A stretch of DNA of 60,446 nucleotides, counting the filler, from Perkinsus olseni (lineage: Eukaryota): NCBI GenBank assembly GCA_013115125.1. It is 3 parts of 3 records of this genome, joined end to end, with 100 filler letters (N's around TTAATTAATTAA, not from the genome) between each part and the next. Parts side by side here need not be neighbours in the genome. Positions count along the whole stretch, not along the records: positions 1 to 20,129 come from JABANN010000585.1; 2 more parts are not named here. One strand, given 5' to 3'. The notes beneath the pieces are model-generated. The model saw only the letters and a program-made list of their open reading frames with translations, made no database searches and was not told where the DNA came from. A program made the position numbers and the translations under genes. Below, piece after piece: positions 1 through 12,700 of the stretch; position 1 is the first letter of the stretch; the number at the start of each line of letters is the position of its first letter.

Positions 1-16
1 CGTGGAGAAATAATTT

Positions 17-95
17 GAACGAACGAACGAACGAACGCACAAAAAAGCGCAGAAGTGACAGTATATGCTCCGCTCGCTTCGCTCGCTCCGCAATT
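17..95. repeat. (AACG)n microsatellite followed by a CGCTCGCTTCGCTCG motif; possible end of a non-autonomous Helitron/Helentron-like element
   Basis: About 5 AACG units at 18-37 and gctccgctcgcttcgctcgctccgc at 67-91. The element class is a guess. Confidence 0.3.
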
Positions 96-1052
96 ATCAC
101 GAAGGTCACTTCGGGGAACAGCAGTTACTGCTGTTCCCCGAAGTGGCCTCCGAAGCCACTACTGAGCAGTGGCAGGTCGACTAGGATGACGAAGTGTTAC
201 CAGAATTGGAATCTACCCGGCCACAGTCGAGCCAGACGGAGCCACTGCTGGTCACCATCGCCCACATTCCATTATGGGGAGCATATTCCAGATACTCGAT
301 GGTCTCGCCATTCATGATCGCCTTGCGGACACAACGGAGAAGCTGCGCCTGACAAGTTGATGCACTCACGGCGCGCAGCACTGCCACCATCAGCGCAATG
401 AAAGATGACACCCTACAGAGAGATCGAGGGAGCAGTGGTTCGATGAGGGGTCGTTGCTATAACTACGTTGAGGAGTACCGCGATAAGGTATGAAACGAAT
501 CGGATCATACTGTATGATTCGTACAAGAGTCTTGTAACAAGACGTCATTTGATGAAAATCTCATCGATCGAGATGGACGCCGTTGAGCAAGTCATGCACC
601 AGACCAGCTAAACACGTTTTCGCTCAACAGCTCAGCGATAGATGACTCTCACCGCGCTCTCGGGCGGCCCGGGTCGATCACTCAGCATACATCGCTGTGA
701 CCGGGCTGTTGCATTACACGCTCTCCTCTCATCTTCGATAACAAGAAGCCACGAGCTGCTCGGTGGGAACAGAATGCAGAACTGAGCACAGTGGAGAACC
801 ACCCTTGCGTGGTGAATACACACTCGCTCACTCTCGGCCTGCTCCGGCAGCGTGTATCCCTTTCTCCGTCAGACGCTCGGGAGAGTTCTGATGCCATGTA
901 TAATGATTCTGAATAAAGGTCAAAATTACGACGTCCGGCGTTCTCTCGAACTNNNNNNNNNNNNNNNNNNNNNNNNNNNNNNNNNNNNNNNNNNNNNNNN
1001 NNNNNNNNNNNNNNNNNNNNNNNNNNNNNNNNNNNNNNNNNNNNNNNNNNNN

Positions 1053-1130
1053 GCACTGCACTGCACTGCACTGCACTGCACTGCACTGCACTGCACTGCA
1101 CTGCACTGCACTGCACTGCACTGCACTGCA
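1053..1130. repeat. (GCACT)n microsatellite abutting a 100-N gap
   Basis: About 15.5 perfect pentamer copies directly after the N run 953-1052. Confidence 0.97.
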
Positions 1131-1699
1131 GCGGCTGCAGCTGAGAAGACATAATCGCGAGCGGGCCGCGCTCTGATCCGTTAGGAGCCGTTAATTAACA
1201 AAGCAACTCATGGGAGAAATTACACAAGCCAATCTAGTAACAGTAACGACAGTGCAGAACCAACAAACCACGTGACTATGTAGCACGCATACGACTGGTG
1301 GGCTCTCGCCTTCATCAACTGGTCCCCTGCTGAGGAAACATACGCCGTAGAGTCTCGTGCAGCCGAGTGAATCTGAGGGTACTATAATAAAGCCAAGAAC
1401 GAGTTATTCCTTCTGCCAGAGTTGAACGGCGATCAGAGTCTCTGATTCAGAGAAGTCTCCGCTCGCGAAATGAATAACCACTTGAGGAAGCTATCTTCAT
1501 TCAACGGTTGCCTTGAATCGGAAGGATAAACTCTTACTTTGACGTTATTGAACTATTCGATTATTTATTTACTAAACTTAGCTAATAGTTTTAGCTCAAA
1601 TTCTCAAATTTCCAAGACGAAGAAATCTCCTCGCTCGAGCAATGAGAATAAACAGACAAGGACGATTACTCCTCCTATTTGTTCCATCTGCTCGTCCAC

Positions 1700-4600
1700 T
1701 TTCGTCCCCATCACCCCCACCACGTGGCTCAGCTCCTCCACTTTATGCTGTGTGGTTCTCGCCTGAAAAATGTCCAACGATCGTCATATTCACGCAGTTC
1801 TTGGTGATACGTGATCGAGTTCATTGGTATAGGTAGCCAGTAGCATCTGGCTTTCCATTTCGAGGCCAGCGTCACCGGGTCGTTCGCTGGTCAGGGAGGA
1901 CTGATCATCGAAGCTGAAAGAGGAAAAGGATCAGAATAACACAGTTCCACCGAGAGGAGGATAAACTCCGTCGAGCATCCGCTCGAGAGACGCACAATGC
2001 GCGGCACCCGTAGCGTAGACCCGAAAAGAATGCACGAGTTTCCTATCATGCGGCAAGTAACCAACAGTGTTGGTCCAACACCCCAGTCCACAAATCAGAC
2101 CCTTTCCAAGGATAGCGCCCTAGTCCGACTGGTTGGGTTCGCCTCAGAGACCACCATGTCATGAAGTCCATGACCCATTTGGTATAGAGCCGATGCAAGC
2201 CAGCAACATCGTGCATGGCTTGCCAATATGTCACCTTGTATTAGGCAAAACATCGATAGGTTTCCCTTGCCCATCTTGCTCCGCTTTGGATCTCCTTAAC
2301 TCTTGTAGTCGTGCAGCTTCCTTCTCCAGAGCAACTGGGTCAACCTCGTACCTGCCAGATACATCGGATTCTATTCGAAAACTTCAGAAAGCCAGAAAAT
2401 TAGAAAAATGATTATTTTAAAATCCCGAAAATTTGAAATGTCCACTTTTCGAGATAAAAGCGGCGACACAGTCTTTGCCTAAGAGGACGCCAGTAACTCG
2501 TCTCAAGCAAACTCAATTTACCAACGTTCATTGGCCGCGGGAAATTTTCGCCGCGAATGAAATTCGTATTCCGAATCACGGGGTGGAGGGCGCGTGTTCC
2601 GCACTGCCTTGGCGGAAAGCAGTTGCACTTCATTGAAGCTAGTGCATATCGCAATTGAACCTCAACGCAAAGCTGACATGTCCTGGGGGCAGAAGGACAA
2701 AAAATAGATCGCAATCTCTTCCGCACCCGGCTGTTGATGTTCATCTCAGTCAGAAAAGCTTGCTCCGGTGTGTTTCCCATCACCAGGAGGCGGGATGCAG
2801 GCCGGTTCCCACTCCTGTATTCGTTTCTTCTGTGTAGGACATGCTTCGACCACGCATCGAAAGACACGGGTACAGAGTCACGCGAACACTTTTCAATCAA
2901 ACTCGCCGGAATTCTCGGCGTCCCATTCCGCGATGCTCCAGTAGCGGTAGATAGTATGCTAGCGATCATCGAGTCAGTCTCTTTGTGGGTAGAACCACAA
3001 GAAGGTAGGGAGTTCAGGGAAGGTCAGATGGCGAAAGATTCGGCCCCAAAGTTTGCGGTTCGGCGCCAAAACCCCGAGATTAATCCTTCGAGAAGCCGCC
3101 GGTGAGGTTTTGAGTCCAAACGTAATACCGACAAACTCGTACTCATCGGTCGTCAACATGCATCATTCGCGAAGTCGGCCCCTCGATGATCGAACTGGGT
3201 CCACTCAGTGGACTCCACTGCGTAGGATCCTTTAGCCTCCATAGCACCCTCGCGACTACTTCATTTCGACAGTATTGAAGACTTCCGCTTCACTTTCTGC
3301 CATTGCGGTACCCCTTCCCGCCATTGCAGTAACCGCAAACTGCAATGCAGTTTACGCAAGTCGTCAGAGTCGAGTTGCTTCTATAGCCATCGACCAGTCG
3401 GTTCCCCTCATGGCCGCCGGCGAGTCGGTTTCGCCTGACTGGCGGCTAGTCCTTGCTGGGCCTTAGAGGATCTTCGTCGTCGAGTGGCTTCATAGTCTCA
3501 AGTTGAGACTCTCAACAGTCACGAGCTTAATCATGCACTATCAAGGGAAGAACAACCCTTTTGAGATATCACGGAGTAGCCGGGACCAAGAAACTTATTA
3601 GTCATGGTGCATTGCCCATCAACAATGAGCGCTGCTCAATAATCATGGTACAAGCCACTGCCTCAGCGAGAGAACGGCCGCTTGAACTGTTCCAGTCTCC
3701 AGGGGGTGGTCAATGACCGATGGTCATCAACGTTCCCGTCAATAGTCGACCGCATAGCTAGGCTCTTGTGGTCACCACTCCCACCAACCGTTTCGCTTCC
3801 GACGCAGCCACTGAGCCTCAAGCCGGATGGCGAGCGACATTGGAGGAAGGGTTGCGACTCGCAACTTGCGAGCTAAACAGCGCTAGCAAAGTTACCCCAG
3901 TACCATCAAGTCGCCTGAGCTGTAAATTTTACTAGTTTTCCCGCCACGAGTTTCCCTGATCCATTTTTCTGCAGAAAAAAGCACGGGATACGTGTTGAGC
4001 TCGCAGTAGAAGGCACGAGCCTTCAGAAGCCCCCCCCCCCCTCCTCGTTGACAACACACCGGCGGCCTGAAGCCGCATATCTCATCGGTACTCCCGAGTC
4101 GGGAGTACCGACACTACCTTTGTTCTCTTTCACTCGAAACTCTATGCTTATACATCTGCCACTGCCTCGCCTCATCATCAAGTGCCTTCAATCGACCAGC
4201 AAGTATCTCCTTCACGGATCGATAGAAGGCTGGAGAGGAACTGACATACAATTTCACTTAGATGCAAATTACACAGCAATCTATCCAATAGAACCATTCA
4301 AATCAAGCCTTCCAGTTTACTGCCTACTCCGCCACAATGGCGGATGAGCACGTTCACTCTTACCAGGCTAACAGTGTAACCACTTCGCCAATGGCGCACC
4401 AGTGCCAGCACCAGCGCGCCAATGGCATCTCGTCACAACGAGACCACACTCGAAAGAAACCGCGCTACTACCCCTTCAGCCTCCGGCCTTGCTCCTTCAG
4501 CAACGCACCAAGATCATCAATAGCAGTACCGGCTTTCTCCCGGGCATCGGCCGCTTCATCCTTGAATCCCGAACTCGGTGTCTTCCCGGCTCGCCAGGTC

Positions 4601-5500
4601 GATCGATCCGTTGCCAGATTCGCTGATACCGCTGCTATCAGATCCGCCGTTTTGTTCACCTGCATCAGCCACACTGTTTCCTCTGACCAGCTCTAATTCT
4701 AGCGGTAACTTTCAGCCACAATGACCTCCATTATTCTTATCGCTATTCATGTTGAGACTTCCGCTCAGCGCAAAACGACAAATGATGAGTGTGATACGCG
4801 ACGATTCCCGGAATGCCTCCGTCGAGGTCAGAATTCTACTGAGCAATTTCTTATCAGTCATCGACCTTCTATGACCTCTCAGTTACTACTCCCACTCGAG
4901 CTTTCACTAGCGTTAGGACACCAACGCGCAGCCGCGCTCTCCCAGCGAGGAAGTATCATTACCTGCTCGTGTAATGGACTAGAATCGGGCATTTCAAGAA
5001 GCGGTGATAGGCGGATGGGGTTCCCTGTCAAGTCGCTAATATAATGCTCAAATCTCCCGGTCACTTCGACCATGATACAAGTGATAAAATAAAACTGAAA
5101 ACTCGAGTCTGGACGGAAACATCGACTAGTTTTATCACCATTTTCGAAACTCCATCTAAGGTGGACTACGAATAACATTATACTCCCTCTTCCCTAAGCA
5201 TCCGCCGTCGTTCGCATACGTACCCTCCATAGCTTTGCCGATGTCAGAGGTTATTCTCTCCCTCATCCTCCCACTCGACGAAGTTATGATCCATCAAAGC
5301 AGCATGAGTTCCCACGAAACGCAAATTGATTGAGAACTCGCAAACACGACCCTCTGTGTTGGAAAAAACTACAGCATCGTTCTGTTAGGACATCACGTCA
5401 CGAAATTTCGCTCCGCCGATTGAGCCGATCGGCTTCTTCGTAGTAGCCGCTAAGGAGGTTGAGGACAGAGGACGCCAGAGATACCCCTATTATCTGACAA
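1700..5500 (-). mobile_element. Possible decayed retroelement (gag-like) relic
   Basis: Broken minus-strand ORFs (2412-2969, 2046-2234, 4468-4674). A degenerate knuckle-like CVNMTIVGHFS lies near 1765-1797. No intact domain is recognisable. Confidence 0.2.
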
Positions 5501-5959
5501 AGGGGATTGGCGGAGCCAATTAGCAACGTCTTAACGTCAGTTCGGATCGGGGAAATCTCCTGGCCGCGGAGAGTTCATGGAAGCACCGAATGATCACATT
5601 TCACGGACCGTTTCGAGAGGTCTTGACCGACATGCAAAGATGAGGCCACTATGCCACATGCAAAAATGAGGCCACGCGCTAATCCCGTTAATAGATAACC
5701 TATGAATACTAATAAATGAACGATGAATTGATACGACTAGTATATAAAGTCAATACCGAATACCAATGCTTCCCCGCACCCATCGCCTCACTACCTGTGT
5801 GCCAGTCAGCCGCGGTCGGTACAGGAATGACGTCGTGCTACCGGCAAAGGCGCCGCCCAAGAGGCACGCCGGGATGGCTGAAAGAAAAGCAAGATTCTTG
5901 ATTCGGATGTCCACTATTGTCACTGCATCAGACTCTCCCCACCGTCCGCAATAAACTTT

Positions 5960-6447
5960 TACACTGGCACGCTATCATCATATTTTTGCTACTTTTACTA
6001 CCACAACCTCTCCTATCAGCATTTATGCCGTAGAACACTATTAAACGTACGAGGCATTACTATTCATGTGNNNNNNNNNNNNNNNNNNNNNNNNNNNNNN
6101 NNNNNNNNNNNNNNNNNNNNNNNNNNNNNNNNNNNNNNNNNNNNNNNNNNNNNNNNNNNNNNNNNNNNNGAGTGTCATCCATCCACACTACACTGTCCAC
6201 ACTATCACCATGTTTTTGCTACTTTTACTACCACAACCTCTCATCACCATTTTGGTTGCACAATACTATCGAAGAAACGTACGAGGCATTACTATTCATG
6301 TGAGTGTCATCCATCCACACTACACTGTCCACACTATCACCATGTTTTTGCTACTTTTACTACCACAACCTCTCTCATCACCATTTTGGTTGCACAATAC
6401 TATCGAAGAAACGTACGAGGCATTACCATTCATATGAGTGTCATCCA
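5960..6447. repeat. ~132-bp tandem repeat spanning an assembly gap
   Basis: Near-identical units at 6170-6301 and 6302-6435, and a diverged copy before the gap (6071-6169). Confidence 0.9.
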
Positions 6448-8363
6448 TAAGGGAATACCTCGAATAAAACATGAGGAACATCCACAGGCCGCCGAGGCCC
6501 GAGCACTTCGCGACGTGCAGCATACCACGACCGACAGAGAATCTGAATACAAATCTTTACAGACACGACTACCAGAGAGAACGTGTGCTTGTGAGATGGA
6601 CAACATACGATCAGTTCCTGCAGCTTAAAGGCTCCCAAATCCAAGATTTGAAGAACTATTTGAAAATCACTCCGAAAAAATGAATGGAAAATTACCGAAA
6701 GCTTTGACGAGTCAGTCCAATAGCCACACCACGTCACGGTGTAAAGCAGTCGATGATATGCTATGGAGGGACCAACCATCCTTTCCCCACCGCGCTTTCG
6801 AAGCTTAGGCTATCTTCCCATTGGCTACTACCTCCCGTCCACTCGCCGGGCACATGCGACCGACGATGCCGTGACTAGGCCGAGACACATACCAGCAGTA
6901 AGGCCTCGGAAAAGTCCTTCGCCGCTTCGCTCCGCGGGACTTCGAAGTGAGGGAGGCGAGCGAATTCGGATGACGGGACCTACGACAGAGACCATCGTTG
7001 TAGTCCGCAGCTTGCCGAGGCGAAATTATATGCTCTCAATGAGGAATTCCCTTGGAATTTCGCTACGGTTGTGGCGAAGACCACAACCGAAAAAATAAGT
7101 GCATTCCGCTTAGCCGTAAAACTTCAGTACCAAACCATTCGTTACATATCATAACGATACCATCATCATCATGAATGATATGACTTTAATGATATTGGTA
7201 TAATGATTATGGCATAGTCATTATTCCATGGTCAATCTCAAAAATTTCCCAAGACTTTAAACCCTAAAAATTAGGAAACAGATTCTCTGAGACTTGTGCT
7301 GTGATTCTCACAAAGACTGCTGTTGGTCGTTTTTCATAGAACTGTATCTCCTATGTTCGTGAGAATTCGACACCGATTCAATAATTTCATATTACTCTGT
7401 CACCTTCGGAAATTTTCCGGGGCAAAAGTTACCGGGGCACGTTACCTCACTGAAGAATTAATTGGAGGTTTCGACGGATATGAGGTTGGGTTACTCTGAC
7501 CAGTACTACCGTTCTTGCCCTTCCGATCAGCCTCCTCTCGTACACGCTTCTCTTCAGCCGATTCCCACCCTAAGAATGGCATAGATCGGAAATGCCATAA
7601 CTGAAAGTGCAAAACAGTCCACAAAAATACGACGGAGCGATGCGATATCTGGCGCAAGATTACCGCAGTGTGAATGGAACAAACCTTCACTAGTGAACCC
7701 TCATGATGAAGACACAACCGAAGAAAGTAGTTTAATAAGGCTTCATAAACTACTTTCTTTGGTTGTGTTTAGTCTCATCGGTCGCCGCTGACGCGGGGCG
7801 ATGGGTTCACGCCCGTAAAGCCTGGCACTAAGTTTTGAGTCGGTGTTGGAAAAGTATTCATGGTCAAGCCACATGCGTCGCGTTACAGTGGTTAGTATCC
7901 ATAACTTACGGCGAGGATTCACTAGCGCGGACGATCGGAAATTATGAACGCCACTGAGCAGTGAGGATCTTTTTATTCGCAGTGCAGGAGCCCATGGCAG
8001 CTCGGCAGTGCATCCCCAGCCGCGTTCGCGCATTCACAAGCGTAGTTGATCGTCGGATAAGTGCCGAGAGTATCTTGGAAGCGTATGCAAGCTCTGGTGG
8101 CCGGACGGAAGAGGTAGCGGCTCGGTTCATTACTTAGTGTGAGAGGGTTTAGATCGCCTATCGTCTCGAGGCCGGTCGGTTTGGGAAACTAATTCTGAGA
8201 CCCAGGATCGATTCTGGAACCAATTCCACGAGCAAAAATCAGTCCCACCTTCCACGAGCATCAATTTCTCGCTGCTGAGGCACGTCAGTCTGCCGGTCGT
8301 AATAACTCATTCTGAAACTTACAGCCGATTTTTGAATGGATTTTCGCGCGAAAAATGCAGTGC

Positions 8364-9268
8364 CACACTGACGCCAGCGGGGACGCTGAAGGGTGACTCA
8401 CGTTTTGGCCACTACGGTGAGCACATCTGGTCCGAGGTACTCCAACGACGAGAGTATCAACTGAATGTGTTCAGTATATTTATGCCGGTCCCAGAAAAGA
8501 TTCCCGAAGGCCATTTTACACGTGAAAATAGTAGCCGAGTCGATTCTGAGATTCAACGCCCTTGCCTTCACCACAGGTGTCGTACCATGTGGCCAGGCTC
8601 ATGGAGTTGGCTAAGAGCCGAGACAAGGTCGCCATGGACGACCCTAGATACCTCTCAATGGTAGTAGCCCCGCCCTCCTGTTCCTGAAGGCACTTGGTCT
8701 CTCTCAGCTGGCGCAGGTCGCTCGGCACCGCATCTCCTTCACCACTCAAATGCTGTGCGGTGTGGTGGAGGCTCTCGGCAGACTTGGACGCTCCGACCTA
8801 CTCTCGGATACTTACACCACGGTAGTACGGGCGTCGCTACTGTGCTACGCGAATCCTTAGCGCCGGTGTTTCCTATCACGTACGGACGCTGCCATTTGGT
8901 GAAGAACAGGCGCAGTGTCTGTGACCCGGATACCGCGCCTGTCACCATGCAGGTGGACAGCCTGTAACTATATACCGTAACGACTCTGTATGATGCATTG
9001 AACTCATTGTGGATAGCTCTCGACGTCCAGTTACCTCATTTTGGGCGCTAGTTCTCTCGGTAATTTTCGCATCAAAGTCCAGAGAAGACTCAGCTTTGTT
9101 GGGTGTAGTAACAGTACCGTGAAGAGCAGGGCTGACATGTCGTTCGGCCTTAGTCTCGCGGCCTTCTTCAGTTGATACTCTCGTCGTTGGAGTACCTCGG
9201 GCCAGATGTGCTCACCGTAGTGGCCAAGACGTGAGTCACCCCTCAGCGTCCCCGCTGGCGTCAGTGTG
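8364..9268. mobile_element. Non-autonomous DNA-transposon-like (foldback/MITE/MULE-like) element with 102-bp terminal inverted repeats
   Basis: 8364-8465 is the reverse complement of 9167-9268 with 3 mismatches. The ~700-bp interior has no intact ORF, and no clear TSD is seen. Confidence 0.7.
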
Positions 9269-9799
9269 ACTACATAGATACGCTATGCATAACATTCAAG
9301 GTGAGGGCGCACAAAAGATATTCGCCGTGCTGGATCAGCGTATTCAAGAGGAGCGAAACACGTAAGTCTTGTCGACAGTAGACGTTGCGTGAGCGTACCT
9401 CCCTGTGCAGCGAATGATGTGAAAGCGAGGGAAGAACGGTGCTATTGGGGGCGTATCTATTAGGATAAGGGATGGATCCTCATCTCGTAGAATCGTCGAG
9501 ATGGAGACAGCGTGACGTCGTACGCAGTAGATAAACTAGACGGGTTAGCTGTATCAGCTACAGCCCGCATTCACGCCAAGTCAGCGCGTGGCCTCTCTTC
9601 GCTTGGCCTTCCAGCTTCTGTCGCATTCCGAAGTTAGAACCGAGGGTAGATGGCTCCATGCCATGGAGTCCATGGGGCTCCTCAGTAGCAGTAGCGTGTT
9701 GCGGAGGTTCAAGCTTCTTTCCATCATACGAAGAATAGGAACCGTTTCGTATCGGCGATGATAATGGAATGAGGCTGTTGAGAATCTTGCGCTACTTGT

Positions 9800-12700
9800 G
9801 GCCCATAAGGTTCACTCTGGTCGATCTGTGCACTGCCATGTTGTCCTCGGAGATTTACCGAGAGAGGAACCCCTCTAGCAAACGGAGGACGCCAGACTAC
9901 CCTGCCATACTAGCTGACCTCATTGCGGCTAAAGAGAGGCTGTCTACGCCAGAGTTGGCAGATGCACTCCGGGCGTTCAGCATCGTGTATCGCCGCCGGC
10001 TCGAGGAACGCGATGGCGGAATTCGGGACTTGGTGAGTTGGACTTGGCGCCGTGGGGTCTTGTAGAGCGCAATCAGGAGAAATGTGGTACATTAGTACTC
10101 GATGTGGATTCAAATCTTAGCATATGGTATAGCATGCCTGCGGGCTGATCGCCATCTGATCGGTGTTGGTGTGAGCCGGGTCTCGTGGAATGGATTTCAG
10201 CATGATTCGACTTCGGACGGATCGATAGTGAAAAATCATTCATAGCGTCACATGCATCTTGTTGGTGGTGCTGAAGATGTGCCATAACCAATGTGTTCGT
10301 TGTCGCCTTGTGTGGATGGACAAGGGCAGTTGAGTGATCGTTAGCGAAGCGTTGTACTCAGGCAGATGCTTTGCTGGCCTCTGAGGAGCGCCCGCCTCAG
10401 CTGGCATCGAGCGTAACGTCTCTGTTGGATCTCGACCTTCCAGACCATGCGGCTGGACTCTTGCGGAGGCATCTTACCACGACAGATGTGGGCAGGGAGG
10501 GGCCATTGTTCTTGTGATGACGGCGAGAACATCGCCGGGCAAGCTTTCATTGGCTGATTCTTCTCACGAAGTGCTATCGATCAAACTTCAATCGCCAAGG
10601 GATGATTGATCGTCGAAGAAAAATATCTTGATACGAAAAATTCAAAGATTCTCAGCTCTATGAAGCAAGGGCGTGCTTCGGATCGGTAACGAACTCTGTT
10701 GGATTCGAGCCACGATCTGCAAGCCTGCCATATCTGCCGCTGATTTCCGTATTGTAGTCGTCTTAGGAGGGTATCAGTTGTACGCTAGCGACCTGTGTGC
10801 TATGGACAACTAGAATGCTTCAAATTATCTTGAAATATTGGTAACAGTTTGGACGAGTTACGAGGCGAAATTGATAGGGATACTTTCTAGCGCCTCGCTG
10901 GTTACAACTCCAAAGTATCGCTTCATGATCTATCCTGATTTCCTTTGCAGGAGTCGCCGGGAAGGAGGCACTCTGCCAGGGAGGCAGTGAGCTTGATAAG
11001 AGTGATGACAAGATTGCATAAAAGCCGGGAAGCAGAGACGAGGAAGTGGTGGCAGCCGACGGTTGATGCCCTCTACCTCGATGTGGTAAGTCGGAGCGAC
11101 GGCCCCGCCGGCCTTGGTACGCGATGATTGTAGGCCTACTCGAAATTCAGCAAGGTCTTATAGTATTGGTATGGTGTTGAATATAGATATATGTACCTCA
11201 GATCAGCGATACTAATATGCGATACAGTCCCTTATAGTGTTATTAATGCTGGGTAATTAGTTGATATTAAATATTTTCTTTCATAAGACATAGTCTATCA
11301 TTTATGGCATCAACACTGAAGGTTTATGTATAGCTATAAGGATCCATAGATAAGAAAACAGTGAAGAGTGATGCTCCATGTGCTGTTGATCTCATAATAC
11401 GTTTTTGATGCCGCGTTGTTAGTTCGTATCATATATTTACTTTCATAAAGAATATTTTGGTTCATGAAATCTTCGTTAGAGGTTTATGTTTTACTCTATT
11501 ATGAGGGCCCATAGATGAGATATTGGTAAATATTAGTCCACGTACCATTGATGTCATTGTATAGCTGACGAAAGTTGTGGTGAATATTTTTAGATAGCAG
11601 GATTGGCGGACCTGGACACCGCACAGTCTATGCACCTCTTGCGAGCGATAGCCCAAGGCCGAGTCTCGAGAGTGTGTCCGAGTAGGGAGTTGAAGAAAGA
11701 AGTTATACCCTTGCTGATGACGGAGGTCCTGAGAGAGATCAGTAGGTCATTTTTGCTGTATTCTAGGACCTTTCGGAAAAGGTGTGTTTCGTGGGTGGTA
11801 TCTGAAAATCGACGATTCGCGCGTCGCTGGAGCCCGGGCGACCACCAGGCTGCATTGAGCCATCTTGCGAGAGGTGTGTTGGATCTATTTTTATATGCGT
11901 ATGAGAGCGCATCGGTCGAGACGTGGCTGCTTCAGCCTAGGCGTGCATGTCCAAGCGCAGTTGAACGCATTGAGGGCTGGTTTCAGAGTGATGGTGTTCA
12001 GAAGCGAATCGTCACCATCTGCTCGTGTCACCTCAGGAAGTCTGCCTCCGAGTACAGTTGCCTTCGCTTTGCGCTGCTGTGTGAAGCTGCAATACTGGGA
12101 TTCTGATTTCTTGGCGGGTGCCTCGAAGGTCTTCCTGGACAGAATGGAAGAGTACCTCGGGGGCCTCTCCGGGAGAGTGCGTAGTAGTGTATCTTTTGGA
12201 GGTGTGTCGAGCCATGCTGAGTATCATGGTCTTCGCCGTTGGGATAGTCTCGTTGGTATAGTTTTGGGGACGCAGGGTCCAGCAATGAGGGGCCTCGTCC
12301 CTGCGAGCTTCTTGACCCTGTATAATACGCTGGTGCAGTCGAGTGGTATGAAAGTTTTCGAGTAGTACCAGCTGCTCCTATCAGTTAGGCCCAAACTCTT
12401 TGTAGTTGGTGAGAATTTGAAAAGTCGTAGAATATTACCTCCACAAATTCTTAGCATATACGGCTTGACATCGCGCCTCAAACTGCCAACTTTTTACAGG
12501 GGAAGTATACAGTATGTTGCCATCGATGGCTTTTTTTTCGTATCATTCTCCATGGTGAATCGGGAATATCTTCTTCGAAGCCGTTTAAGAAACTTCGCAG
12601 GAGGGGTCATCACTTCGTTGCCGTTCTAGCAAGGAAGGCCAATGCTCCGTCATGAGCGGGTGGCGGAGAATTATGAATATGAGTGTTACGAGAACATGTA

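Noticed and set aside
682-1154. ORFs with AVQCS/LHCTA repeats, and ORFs 6066-6628
   Set aside because: They are translations of satellites and N gaps.
1833-1856. Resemblance to the perkinsid/dinoflagellate spliced leader (tagcatctggct)
   Set aside because: Only a partial ~11-nt match, with no CAAG end and no SL-RNA donor or Sm site.
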